DNA from: a virus | Virus record (IMG/VR): IMGVR_UViG_3300008952_002488 | Span: 96,001-160,000 of that record | Strand: one strand, 5' to 3' | Length of the DNA: 64,000 bases | Shown: piece after piece, positions 54,889 through 64,000 of the stretch | Layout: every line of letters starts with the position of its first letter | Position numbering within the stretch: position 1 is the first letter of the stretch | Program-made: the position numbers and the translations under genes | Notes under the pieces: model-generated | Seen by the model: only the letters and a program-made list of their open reading frames with translations | Database searches by the model: none | Told to the model about the DNA's origin: nothing

Positions 54889-57800
54889 ATGGCTGAAAAC
54901 AAGCAAGACAAAAGAGACATTGTAAATCCTAACCCAGAACGATACACTTCTGCGGTCCCCCAAGCCAGAAGGGGCCCCCGACCGTATAGAAAAAAAACGC
55001 TCTTTGGCTACGAAGCGGGGACAATTCGTGATGCTGTGCTTGAATGGAGAGGTGTGCCCCAAAACTGGGGTAAAACAACTGAAGGAGAACGGCGTGGTTT
55101 AGATTACGACTATAGCAGTAAAAGAAATAAGTGGTTCATTGGCTGGCTTCACGAAACGTTTAAAAAAGGAAAAGATTTTCCTCCGATGGGAAACAGGGTC
55201 ATCGAAAGGCTTTGGAACGAAAACAATGGACTTAACGCTGATAATTCATTTATTACAATTAACGATCTGTTGGCCTATGCCGCTCTATATCCACAAAACG
55301 CCAAAGTTGTAATGACAGCATCCGGAACTCCCAACGGAAAAGATAACCCAAGAATAGGTGGATATATTATTGCACTTGTTCCTTTGAGTTCTATAGAAAA
55401 AGCACAAACATTAAAAAAAGTAGTAAAAGATGTCAAGAGAGAGTCCCCAGAAAACAAAACAGCATTAGAAACTGTTACAACAGATGACGCTCAAAAGCCA
55501 TCGAATCAAACACCGGAAGCAAACGACAGAGGATCGCTGTCAACCCCACTTCCCGTAGGCAAATATGTTGTTAAGAAGGGTGATTGGCTATCAAGGATAG
55601 CAACCCGCCATGACACTACCGTTGCTAAAATTTTGGAAATACCACAAAATTCATACATAATTGGAGCCCCAACAGACGATCAAGGGCGAAAAAGATCAGA
55701 AAATGGTCATTGGATATATCCTGGCGATATAGTAACATTGCCAAGCTCGGTGGCTGTTTCTAGGATGCCCTCGGTAACGCCAACCGTTAGCAAGGTAAGA
55801 AAAAAAGAGTATGATATTGCGTCAGAGATTCCGCCGGGACCTAATTCGGGTGGAGGCGCAACTTTATTAGAGGCACCAACACCATCAGTTAGATCAGCCG
55901 ACCGTGGAGTTGACCTAAATTCTCCCTGGGGTAATTGTCCGCAGATAAAGCCTCCAGCCACCGCTCTAGAGGCTTTAATGACCACAAACAACATGGTTTG
56001 GCAACTACCCAGTCAGTTAAAGAAAATACCGAGAAAAGTATATTATAATTCTTCAGATAAGTCATGGTATTGCGTGGCAACCACAATGGCAAGGAATCCC
56101 CAAGCATTTGACATAGCCAATCAAGAAGATGACGATGCGGGTGTAATAACTGGTGGCAATGCTTATGAGTGGATGAAAATTTCAACAGAGGAGATACTAA
56201 AAGCAGCAGACAAATATTCTGAGGACAATTATAATCAAATAATAAGAGAACACAATACTGACGACTCTTCGGTTGAAATATTTTTCGCCAGCCACTACGG
56301 ACACCCAGGTAGACCACAGCCGATACCCGCTGGTACTGATGTTTGGTTGATTTCTACAAGGATAGACGATTGGATCCTTCGGCGATTCGACGACGACGGC
56401 TCAATAGGAAAAGAGGAAGATGAGCCAGACCCCCTTGTTGTGTCCAAAGCGATTATGAATTTAGAAGTGCCCGCACGACGTGCGCCTTTTACTATATCAA
56501 AGCTTAAAACAAATTTAAGAAACATTTCTAAGATGTTAGAAGCAACATACGCCGAGTTGGCAAACGATGGCATTACTCCTTCGATGATGGAGGGTGTTAA
56601 TCTATTAGAAGAAGCAGAACATATTAATACCTTCTACAATAAGATAGAGACATGGACACAGAATAGAAATATAACCATTAGCGACAGTGATCGGATAGAG
56701 TTTCTTTTAACTGAAGAGTTTACCCTACAGTTGATTTATTATAATGGCGCAGTACATAAAGTCTCGCACGAAATGTATGACGACGGAAGTATCGATATTT
56801 TACCAGACCCAGAGTTTGAAGGTGTGTGGTCGGTAACATTTGCCCTTGTCTTCTTCGGGGAAAAAATCACTCAAATCAGGAGAATGAGAAAAAGCGAGAG
56901 ACCCCCGGCAACCGAGTTTGTTACACGATTTATTTACCCAAGTCCGATTATAAGACCTACTGAAATTGCTGCCAAAAAAGAAAAAAACTTAGAAGAAAAT
57001 AAATACCCCTCTGAACCAACTGGTGCTGCCCTGGGGTCAAATAGTTTTGGCAGATCTGCTCCACCAGAAAATGAAAACCCCTCGTTCAAGACAGAGTCTG
57101 AAGTTCAAAAAGAATTTGATAAAAGGCTTGCACGAGGAAAGCAATTTATGGGCGGCTACATTGGGGTCTTAAATAATGCTGGCTGTGAGTCGCCTTTGGC
57201 AAAGTATTTAAATGACGCATTTCTTTTGTTTCAACTTATGGGTGGTAAATGCTCCTTTAAAGAGTTGGTGGCGACAGTTTTAAGGTTGATTAAAGAAGAT
57301 ATTATGATAAGCAAACAACAAGAACAGTTGTTGCTTCTCGGCGCAGGGTATACTGATAACCCAGATCTTCTTTGGAAACAAATAGAATCTCAAATAAACC
57401 AAGAGATAATGTGCCTCTTTGGTTTATTGGGTGATATTTTGGAAAACGAAGTTTTAGACCCTGGCGGCGTACCTCCTGAAGTGACAAAACTTGTGAAAGC
57501 CGGACTAACACCTCCTCGTGGCATAAATTTTACATCAATTTCAATACCAGATCTTGCTAAAATATGGCGAGAGATGATCAAGATGCTGGTTTTGGAATTT
57601 ATAAAACAGCTAATATTATCAGCATTTAAAGAGCTTTTACTCGCTTCTGCTGGCTGCGGCGGACAGACAGTAGTTGATTCTTCAAAAGGTCCTAAAAAAA
57701 GAAGTGGAGCTTCTGCTGCGAACTTCGCCCCTTCTCGATATAATGCGATAAACATTAATGAACTCGTTGACTATAAGGGGATTGATTTAGAGGAAATGGC

Positions 57801-60800
57801 TGCCGAATTAAATTTATACAACACCCTATACAGAGAAGATAATCTAAAAATAAGCCCTGCGACAGAAGAGCAATTACGACAATTGAATGACGACGCTTCC
57901 GAGGTTCTAGTAGATATAGATTTGACAGCACTACTTCAGGGTACAGCCCCGTCGGAAACTATCAATTTGTTGTATCGAACGTTCAATATGGGACCCATTG
58001 ATTTAAATTCTATTGATACTTCTTTAAGAAGGCAAATAGAAAACAACCAAATAAAAGCTAAGTTCGCCAAGGCGATTGTAGGGGAATTTCAGGAGTCCGC
58101 AAGAGCGGGAGATACAAGATATGGAAGTCTTAATTTAGACAGAAGGAACATAAGGAAGTACTTTAAAAGACTGGGGCAGCTTCTCGGCGCAGAAGTTGTT
58201 CTTGGACTTGAAGAACAACTAGATCCAAAATTGGACCTTTGTGAAAGGGGAGATATTCTAGGGTATGGACTAGGAGCCGCTGTAGATATTGATTCTTTGA
58301 GTGAGGGCGAAGACGACGATGCTGTTGTTGCTGGCGGGTTATCAAAAAAACAAATATTAAAACAAATAAGGGGACAGATTGATAGCGATACGAGAAGAAT
58401 TACCTCTTTGTGCGACCTGAACGCCAGCGATTTTGATTTTATAGCAGATGTGCAAAATTTTTGGGACCTAATTCCGTTTCCTGCGTTTTTCCTTAAATTA
58501 TTGGGTATGATTCGAGGTTTGATGCAAAATGTTCTTCGTATGCAAGCAGAGGGAGCAGTAAAATACGGCATTCGGATTAAGTCGCAGGCTGAAGACGACG
58601 AGGCAGAATTAGATGCAAATAATCAAATCAACCCAGTCCGTCCAGAAGATACGGAAGTAGGAAGATATTTTTATCGTTTCTGGGGTGGCGGCAGTAACGA
58701 TGACCCCGGACTACAATTAGCCAGCACGGTAAGAATGGTCGAGCGAAGCGATAGAGAGAATCAAGTAAGATCACCTAGATGGGTAGTGGGAACCCAAGAT
58801 GCTAAATACAACGTCGCTCGTGGAGAAGTAGAGCTTGTATATATTCCAGGCGACCCCAGTTTATCTGGTTCTCCTAGAGGAACATGTAAGGTGGTTTTTA
58901 ATCGCACAGTCGGCGTCCGAGGTCCCATGACCGAAGGGCAAGAACGCTTGTTGCGGCAGGGAGGTATGTCGCAGCGGCGAATAAATCAGCTTAAATTCCC
59001 ACCTTTATATGAGCCAGAGCGAGTTTTGGCAGAGTTTCACCTAGCTGAGGATAATCTCCCAGAATCTCAGTTGGCAAACTATTCAATTAAAAACCATCTT
59101 TCGAGAGTTGACCCATCTCATTTTGACACAGCCCAGCGCACCAGGCTCAACAGATATATTAAAGCACTTCTTTATATGGGCTACGCCCCAGAACGGGGAG
59201 AACAAGAAATGCCGATTGGTGGTAGAGGCGGAGCACTCGGCGGAGCCAGACAAATTGCTCAAAGATATAACCTTGGAGAAGGGCGAAACCCATCAGACAA
59301 GGCTTGGGTGGATGTCCATGCGCTCGCTTATCCGACTGTAAATAATTATTATAACATACCTGATACTGTTGTCAAGGTTACATACGGATCACAAAGACGA
59401 GACCTTCAAAGAAGACTAACGGACACTTTGATCCGAGCTTCTGTGCCTGTTTTTGGCCCCAACTCAGACCCTTGCAATTTACCAACAGAAGAATTTAAAG
59501 CCAGAACAGTCCTCAACATGTTTCAGGTAAGACTTATATCGTTCATAATGAACGGGTTGCCGTGGTTTAATAACGGTTATAGTTTGATGACGCCGGATAC
59601 GATTAATATGTTAGGATCTTATTTAAGTAATAAGATCTTAAACGACCTGTATGAAAAAGACAGTCAAGGGTCAATCTCTATGCAAAAAATATGGGAAGGG
59701 GTTGAGATAATATCTAAAACATGCACCCTATATGGGAACGAAACAGATGATGCCGGAAACCCATTGCCGCTCAAAGAAGATACAGAAGATGACAAAGTTG
59801 AGTTTAGATTTGATAATTTGTCTGAACAAGACACCGGAACAGACTTGCCTGGGATGTTTCATTATATCATTAGGCAGATGTTAAAAAGAATGCTTCTGAA
59901 TGTTTCTGCTGGATCAGCCATAACAGAAACATTAGATGGAGATGACCTAGAATTTCAAGGATATGTAACAACCAAGAGAAATTATTTTAAAATCGTCGAG
60001 GATAATGCGGGGGAAGAACTTGGGGGACCTCTTTCTGGCTTTGGAGATAGATATAAGCTTTTGGCAAGATATCTGAAAAAAGGGTATACAAGAGAGAACC
60101 AGGGCGACCACATTTCTCTTGGTGGTTGGCTCACTTTGGGTGGAGGGAACCGTGAACAACTTGGGTTTAATAGACTAGAAGATGTCAGAAACATGTCTGA
60201 CGAAGATTTTATAAACGAAAGGTATTTAGCTTATATGCCGATACCGCTACTTGTCGGTCTCCAGTACATCTATATTGATAAGGTTGTAAACATTACCCAA
60301 AACACCCCCAATCTAGCGTTCCAAGAAAGGACAAAAGTTCGAATGGCTGACATTCAAGCAATGCAATCCCTAGATCCAGAATATTTTCCTCCTGCGTTGT
60401 CTTCCGAATACACTGACTATGATTTAAAGAAGGAACTTAAAAGATCAGACAGTGTTCTAGCCGGTTCGAGGAATATCGAGGCAGACCAAAACGATGCTAT
60501 AATGAAACCCTGGAAAGAAAGTGAGCGCCGGCAAAACCAAGAACAACAGCGCCAACAAGCTGAACGAGAACAGCAAGATATACGAGACCGGCAAAGAGTT
60601 GCTCGCCAAGAGGGAGAGCAACAAGAGCAACAAGAGCAAGAGCAACAAGAGCAACAAAACCAACCAGAACAGAGAGAACAACAAGAGCAACAACAAGAGC
60701 AGCAACAACAGCAAAGAGAAGACGAACAACAACAAGAACAACAAGGCGGCCGCCAGCAGCCCCCGCCCCCACCGCCTCCACCACCGCCACGGTTGCCGCC

Positions 60801-61716
60801 GCCACAAGAAGATCCCGCACCGCCTCCACCGCCTCCCCGACGTTTGCCGCCCCCCTCTGACGTCGAGCCAGAAGCTCGTGAAATGCCGCCGCCTGGACCA
60901 TCACCTTATCCTGTTACTATTGGCGGAAGAACATATAGAAGCTTAGACGAACTCCAAGCCAGGCACAGATACCTAACTCAAGTTAGAGATAAAACTCTAA
61001 CACTAAAGAATTTGAAGCTTAATCTTCAGCGAAGGCTTGAGAGTATGGGCTCTTATTTAAATCAAGCCGAGGAAGCAAAAGGCGGCGCACCTTATGATCG
61101 ATTTAGGATAAGCAACAGAGAGGCTATGCGTGGAAAGTTGCAACAAATTATTCGCATTATTAACCAAAACACCTCTTTAAATATTTCTAATTATGGAGGC
61201 GCAGGAGGTAATAGTGAATATAATCCCGAAACGGATTTGAAAGTTAGAGGAGCAGACAGTATTACTAGCGCAGACTTTAGAGTTGGGGAAGCATACCACC
61301 AAGGTAGGCTTATTAATCGAACACAAGCTGTCGAAGGAAACAGAAAACTATGGGCATTCGTCTCCTTGATGGAGCAAGGATTTATGGCGCAATCAGGCGG
61401 CATGAGAGATACCGGCGACCTTATATATTATCAGAATCTCATTGCCGCTATTGAAAAATTCTGGGGAACCTTCGAGAGAACACCGCCAACCCGCCGCCTG
61501 TCAAGCAATTCGGAATATGCTATAAGATCAAGGCAGAGAGTTGCTGAATCTGACAGCAACATCATAGGTATATTAGCAAATATATCGCTAAAAACAAGAC
61601 AATTAGATCAATTAAATATAATGGTAGAGGAATACGGCACTTGGGATGTGAACAAGCGGCAGCGAATTGAGTCACTTATAGAACAGTTACGACTAGCTAT
61701 AGAGGGAAGAACATAA
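54889..61716 (+). CDS. giant LysM-containing virion/baseplate-associated protein
   Basis: YVVKKGDWLSRIA...IYPGDIVTLP LysM; 2275 aa; lies between the spike and gp25. Confidence 0.7.
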   Translation: MAENKQDKRDIVNPNPERYTSAVPQARRGPRPYRKKTLFGYEAGTIRDAVLEWRGVPQNWGKTTEGERRGLDYDYSSKRNKWFIGWLHETFKKGKDFPPMGNRVIERLWNENNGLNADNSFITINDLLAYAALYPQNAKVVMTASGTPNGKDNPRIGGYIIALVPLSSIEKAQTLKKVVKDVKRESPENKTALETVTTDDAQKPSNQTPEANDRGSLSTPLPVGKYVVKKGDWLSRIATRHDTTVAKILEIPQNSYIIGAPTDDQGRKRSENGHWIYPGDIVTLPSSVAVSRMPSVTPTVSKVRKKEYDIASEIPPGPNSGGGATLLEAPTPSVRSADRGVDLNSPWGNCPQIKPPATALEALMTTNNMVWQLPSQLKKIPRKVYYNSSDKSWYCVATTMARNPQAFDIANQEDDDAGVITGGNAYEWMKISTEEILKAADKYSEDNYNQIIREHNTDDSSVEIFFASHYGHPGRPQPIPAGTDVWLISTRIDDWILRRFDDDGSIGKEEDEPDPLVVSKAIMNLEVPARRAPFTISKLKTNLRNISKMLEATYAELANDGITPSMMEGVNLLEEAEHINTFYNKIETWTQNRNITISDSDRIEFLLTEEFTLQLIYYNGAVHKVSHEMYDDGSIDILPDPEFEGVWSVTFALVFFGEKITQIRRMRKSERPPATEFVTRFIYPSPIIRPTEIAAKKEKNLEENKYPSEPTGAALGSNSFGRSAPPENENPSFKTESEVQKEFDKRLARGKQFMGGYIGVLNNAGCESPLAKYLNDAFLLFQLMGGKCSFKELVATVLRLIKEDIMISKQQEQLLLLGAGYTDNPDLLWKQIESQINQEIMCLFGLLGDILENEVLDPGGVPPEVTKLVKAGLTPPRGINFTSISIPDLAKIWREMIKMLVLEFIKQLILSAFKELLLASAGCGGQTVVDSSKGPKKRSGASAANFAPSRYNAININELVDYKGIDLEEMAAELNLYNTLYREDNLKISPATEEQLRQLNDDASEVLVDIDLTALLQGTAPSETINLLYRTFNMGPIDLNSIDTSLRRQIENNQIKAKFAKAIVGEFQESARAGDTRYGSLNLDRRNIRKYFKRLGQLLGAEVVLGLEEQLDPKLDLCERGDILGYGLGAAVDIDSLSEGEDDDAVVAGGLSKKQILKQIRGQIDSDTRRITSLCDLNASDFDFIADVQNFWDLIPFPAFFLKLLGMIRGLMQNVLRMQAEGAVKYGIRIKSQAEDDEAELDANNQINPVRPEDTEVGRYFYRFWGGGSNDDPGLQLASTVRMVERSDRENQVRSPRWVVGTQDAKYNVARGEVELVYIPGDPSLSGSPRGTCKVVFNRTVGVRGPMTEGQERLLRQGGMSQRRINQLKFPPLYEPERVLAEFHLAEDNLPESQLANYSIKNHLSRVDPSHFDTAQRTRLNRYIKALLYMGYAPERGEQEMPIGGRGGALGGARQIAQRYNLGEGRNPSDKAWVDVHALAYPTVNNYYNIPDTVVKVTYGSQRRDLQRRLTDTLIRASVPVFGPNSDPCNLPTEEFKARTVLNMFQVRLISFIMNGLPWFNNGYSLMTPDTINMLGSYLSNKILNDLYEKDSQGSISMQKIWEGVEIISKTCTLYGNETDDAGNPLPLKEDTEDDKVEFRFDNLSEQDTGTDLPGMFHYIIRQMLKRMLLNVSAGSAITETLDGDDLEFQGYVTTKRNYFKIVEDNAGEELGGPLSGFGDRYKLLARYLKKGYTRENQGDHISLGGWLTLGGGNREQLGFNRLEDVRNMSDEDFINERYLAYMPIPLLVGLQYIYIDKVVNITQNTPNLAFQERTKVRMADIQAMQSLDPEYFPPALSSEYTDYDLKKELKRSDSVLAGSRNIEADQNDAIMKPWKESERRQNQEQQRQQAEREQQDIRDRQRVARQEGEQQEQQEQEQQEQQNQPEQREQQEQQQEQQQQQREDEQQQEQQGGRQQPPPPPPPPPPRLPPPQEDPAPPPPPPRRLPPPSDVEPEAREMPPPGPSPYPVTIGGRTYRSLDELQARHRYLTQVRDKTLTLKNLKLNLQRRLESMGSYLNQAEEAKGGAPYDRFRISNREAMRGKLQQIIRIINQNTSLNISNYGGAGGNSEYNPETDLKVRGADSITSADFRVGEAYHQGRLINRTQAVEGNRKLWAFVSLMEQGFMAQSGGMRDTGDLIYYQNLIAAIEKFWGTFERTPPTRRLSSNSEYAIRSRQRVAESDSNIIGILANISLKTRQLDQLNIMVEEYGTWDVNKRQRIESLIEQLRLAIEGRT
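60529..60912 (+). repeat. Low-complexity Gln/Glu tract followed by poly-Pro tracts
   Basis: CAA/GAG-rich and CCG/CCA-rich codon runs; boundaries approximate. Confidence 0.85.
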
Positions 61717-61717
61717 A

Positions 61718-62122
61718 ATGGCAAACAAAATGTATGGAATATCGGTTGCACTTCCGCTTGAGTATGATTCAGTAGATGGGCCTTACCGCCTAAACAAGAC
61801 GCTGAAAGATGTTGTTAAACAAAATCTAAAAAATCTTATTCTAACTTCTCCCGGCGAAAGAATAATGATACCAGATTTTGGTGCAGGGATCAGAGAACTG
61901 TTTTTTGAGCCTTATAATTCTAACACATTTTCTGAAGCCAGGGCAAGAATCATGTCACAAATAGCAAGATATATGCCTTTCGTTAATGTGGTTAATTTCA
62001 ATGTTATAACTTCGAACGACGATCCAGATTTAACCGCAAATGGTGTTCGTATGATACTGCAATACAACATTGGCTCTATTGATGAGAATGATACCTTGAT
62101 AATAACTCAGGCGAATGACTAA
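61718..62122 (+). CDS. baseplate wedge gp25-like protein
   Basis: VKQNLKNLILTSPGERIMIPDFGAGI.ELFFEP. Confidence 0.92.
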   Translation: MANKMYGISVALPLEYDSVDGPYRLNKTLKDVVKQNLKNLILTSPGERIMIPDFGAGIRELFFEPYNSNTFSEARARIMSQIARYMPFVNVVNFNVITSNDDPDLTANGVRMILQYNIGSIDENDTLIITQAND

Positions 62123-62148
62123 TTATTGAAGCAATCTGAGGAATAAAA

Positions 62149-63942
62149 ATGTCCAAACGACCAATCTCATATACGAGCCGAGATTTTGAGAGCATCAAAA
62201 ACTCGTTAGTAAACTACGCAAAACGTTATTATGCCAACACATATCAAGATTTTAATGAGGCATCTTTTGGTGCCATGATGCTTGATCTTGTCTCCTACGT
62301 CGGCGACCAACTTTCGTTCTATACGGACTATCAGGCAAACGAAAGCTTTCTTGACACTGCGATGGAAATTGAAAATGTTAACAGATTAGCAAAACAACTA
62401 GGATACCGCCAGACAGGAACTCCTTCTTCCACAGGTCCTTGTAATTTTTATGTTATAGTCCCAGCGTCAACCACTGTTGGCGGACCTGACACTGACTACA
62501 TTCCGATATTAAAGAGAGGAACTATTATTTCAGGAGATGGCGGCGGAGTTTTTACTTTACTTCAGGACGTAGATTTTACTGCGGCTAATAATGAAATCAC
62601 AGTAGCAAGAGTAGATTCAGATACTGGTGTGCCTACCTTTTTTGCAATAAAGGGGCAAGGGATTGTTGCCTCGGGGCAAATTCTTCTAGAAGATATAGAG
62701 GTGGAAAATTATCAAAGATTTCTTCGACTAAGAATGAAAGCTTCAAATCTCACAGAAGTCATCTCAATAGTAGATACTCAAGGAAATGAATATTATCAAG
62801 TAGATTATCTAACACAAGATGTTGTCATGGTAAAAGAACCAAACAGAGGAACAAATAGAGATTTAGTTCCTTTTATAATGAAAACAAGACCAGTTCCCAG
62901 AAGGTTTGTTACCGAATTTGATGCTGACGGAAATACTTTTATCCAATTTGGGTACGGGTCTTCCGATAATTTAACTGGTGATTTAGTGGCAGATCCTGCC
63001 GATGTTGTTTTGGATGTCACAGGGAGAGAATATATCTCCGACACAACTTTTGATCCAACAAACTTAATTAAGTCAGATAAATTTGGAGTTGTGCCTGAAA
63101 ACACAACACTAACTATAAAATACAGAGCAAACAGCACAGACAACGTTAGTGCCCCTGTTGGAACCGTTAATAGTGTTGTTTTGCCTTTGTTTACTTTTGC
63201 AAACAGGAACGACCTAACCAGAGAAAAAGTTACTGATGTTGAGGCTTCTTTGGAAGTTGAGAATGTTTTGCCACTTCTTGGGGACACTTCGGACCCAACA
63301 GCCGAAGAGATAAAGACTCGTGCTTATGCAACTTTTGCTTCCCAAAATAGGGCAGTAACAAGAACAGACTACATTGCTTTATCTTATCGTATGCCGTCAG
63401 GATTTGGCAAAGTTAAACGAGCAAACATAACACAAGACCCCAGGTCAACAAAAAGAAACTTAAACATGTATGTTCTTTCGGAAAATACGAATGGGGACTT
63501 TACCCAGGCTACACCTCAGTTAAAAAATAACCTTAAAGTGTGGCTAGATAGATATCGCATGATAAATGATACGGTTGATATTTTAGATGGAAAGATAATA
63601 AATTTTGGGGTTAGTTTTGAGATTATTGTAGATCTGAACTCCAATAAATTTGAAGTGTTAAATGCCTGCACACGAAGGTTGATAGATAAGTTATTTAACG
63701 TTAAAAAGCAGATGGGCGAACCAGTATTTTTGACAGACATATACAAGCACCTAAATGATGTTGGAGGGGTTGTCGATACGGTCTCGGTAAAACTGACAAA
63801 CAAAGTTGGCGGAGGGTATAGCGACTTTAGGTATGACATGGAAAAAAACCTTTCAGATGACGGCAGATTTCTGATAATACCTCAGAATGCGGTAGCAGAC
63901 GTTCTTAATCCAGAAAATGATATTACGGGAGTTGTTAGATAA
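62149..63942 (+). CDS. baseplate wedge gp6-like protein
   Basis: YTSRDFESIK..L, DFNEAS.G, ESFLDTA, IQFG, QNRAVT..DY. Confidence 0.92.
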   Translation: MSKRPISYTSRDFESIKNSLVNYAKRYYANTYQDFNEASFGAMMLDLVSYVGDQLSFYTDYQANESFLDTAMEIENVNRLAKQLGYRQTGTPSSTGPCNFYVIVPASTTVGGPDTDYIPILKRGTIISGDGGGVFTLLQDVDFTAANNEITVARVDSDTGVPTFFAIKGQGIVASGQILLEDIEVENYQRFLRLRMKASNLTEVISIVDTQGNEYYQVDYLTQDVVMVKEPNRGTNRDLVPFIMKTRPVPRRFVTEFDADGNTFIQFGYGSSDNLTGDLVADPADVVLDVTGREYISDTTFDPTNLIKSDKFGVVPENTTLTIKYRANSTDNVSAPVGTVNSVVLPLFTFANRNDLTREKVTDVEASLEVENVLPLLGDTSDPTAEEIKTRAYATFASQNRAVTRTDYIALSYRMPSGFGKVKRANITQDPRSTKRNLNMYVLSENTNGDFTQATPQLKNNLKVWLDRYRMINDTVDILDGKIINFGVSFEIIVDLNSNKFEVLNACTRRLIDKLFNVKKQMGEPVFLTDIYKHLNDVGGVVDTVSVKLTNKVGGGYSDFRYDMEKNLSDDGRFLIIPQNAVADVLNPENDITGVVR

Positions 63943-64000
63943 TGGGAATTAAAAGATATTACGCCACCAAAGATAACACTATTACCAATGCTTTTGAGGA
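63942..64000 (+). CDS. start of the next structural gene, truncated by the window edge
   Basis: ATG overlaps the gp6 stop; MGIKRYYATKDNTITNAFE. Confidence 0.6.
   Translation, partial: MGIKRYYATKDNTITNAFE

Noticed and set aside
60457-60946. Leu/Val-rich antisense and Asn/Lys-rich alternate-frame ORFs
   Set aside because: By-products of the CAA/GAG low-complexity tract.
52316-64000. Bacterial T6SS or eCIS locus instead of a phage
   Set aside because: T4-like gp6/gp25, a late sigma, early promoter cassettes and the lack of housekeeping operons favour a large phage.

Overview
This 64 kb window looks like part of a large tailed-phage (jumbo myovirus-like) genome, almost all on the + strand, with standard genetic code. 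All calls come from reading the sequence and recognising motifs; no database search or folding program was run. In order: (1) a YeaH-SpoVR-PrkA/YeaG module; (2) a probable early region (4.1-8.7 kb) with four sigma70-type promoters of identical geometry, a double CCHC zinc-knuckle protein, a eukaryote-type phosphomannomutase, a lytic transglycosylase, and several unannotated structured non-coding elements, including an anticodon-less tRNA-like RNA and a predicted double-pseudoknot RNA; (3) five tRNAs and tilS, whose reading frame runs into the neighbouring tRNA(CAU) and stops in its anticodon loop; (4) Ser/Gly/Ala-repeat fibre-like paralogues, a J-domain protein with a 9-nt tandem repeat, an inverted envelope module with myxobacterial-type Cys/Asp repeats, a trypsin-like protease, and an RNA-ligase/HIGH-nucleotidyltransferase fusion; (5) tmRNA (tag ANDDFEMEMAA), PIN-PhoH, a zincin and a Cas4/AddB-like nuclease; (6) a ~25 kb glycan island (glycosyltransferases; 3,6-dideoxy and branched sugars via a YerE-like ThDP enzyme, PanB and RfbH; nonulosonate NeuB/NeuA/Maf-like; ColD/Fcl/Gmd; HldE halves); (7) a gp55-like late sigma factor with a recurring TANTTA motif, followed by baseplate genes (gp5-like with an M15 peptidase, spike, giant LysM protein, gp25, gp6). 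The best candidates for undescribed biology are the early ncRNA/tRNA-mimic cassette co-regulated with the zinc-knuckle protein, the tilS/tRNA-Ile2 overlap coupled to tmRNA, and a phage pathway for exotic sugars that may decorate the virion.
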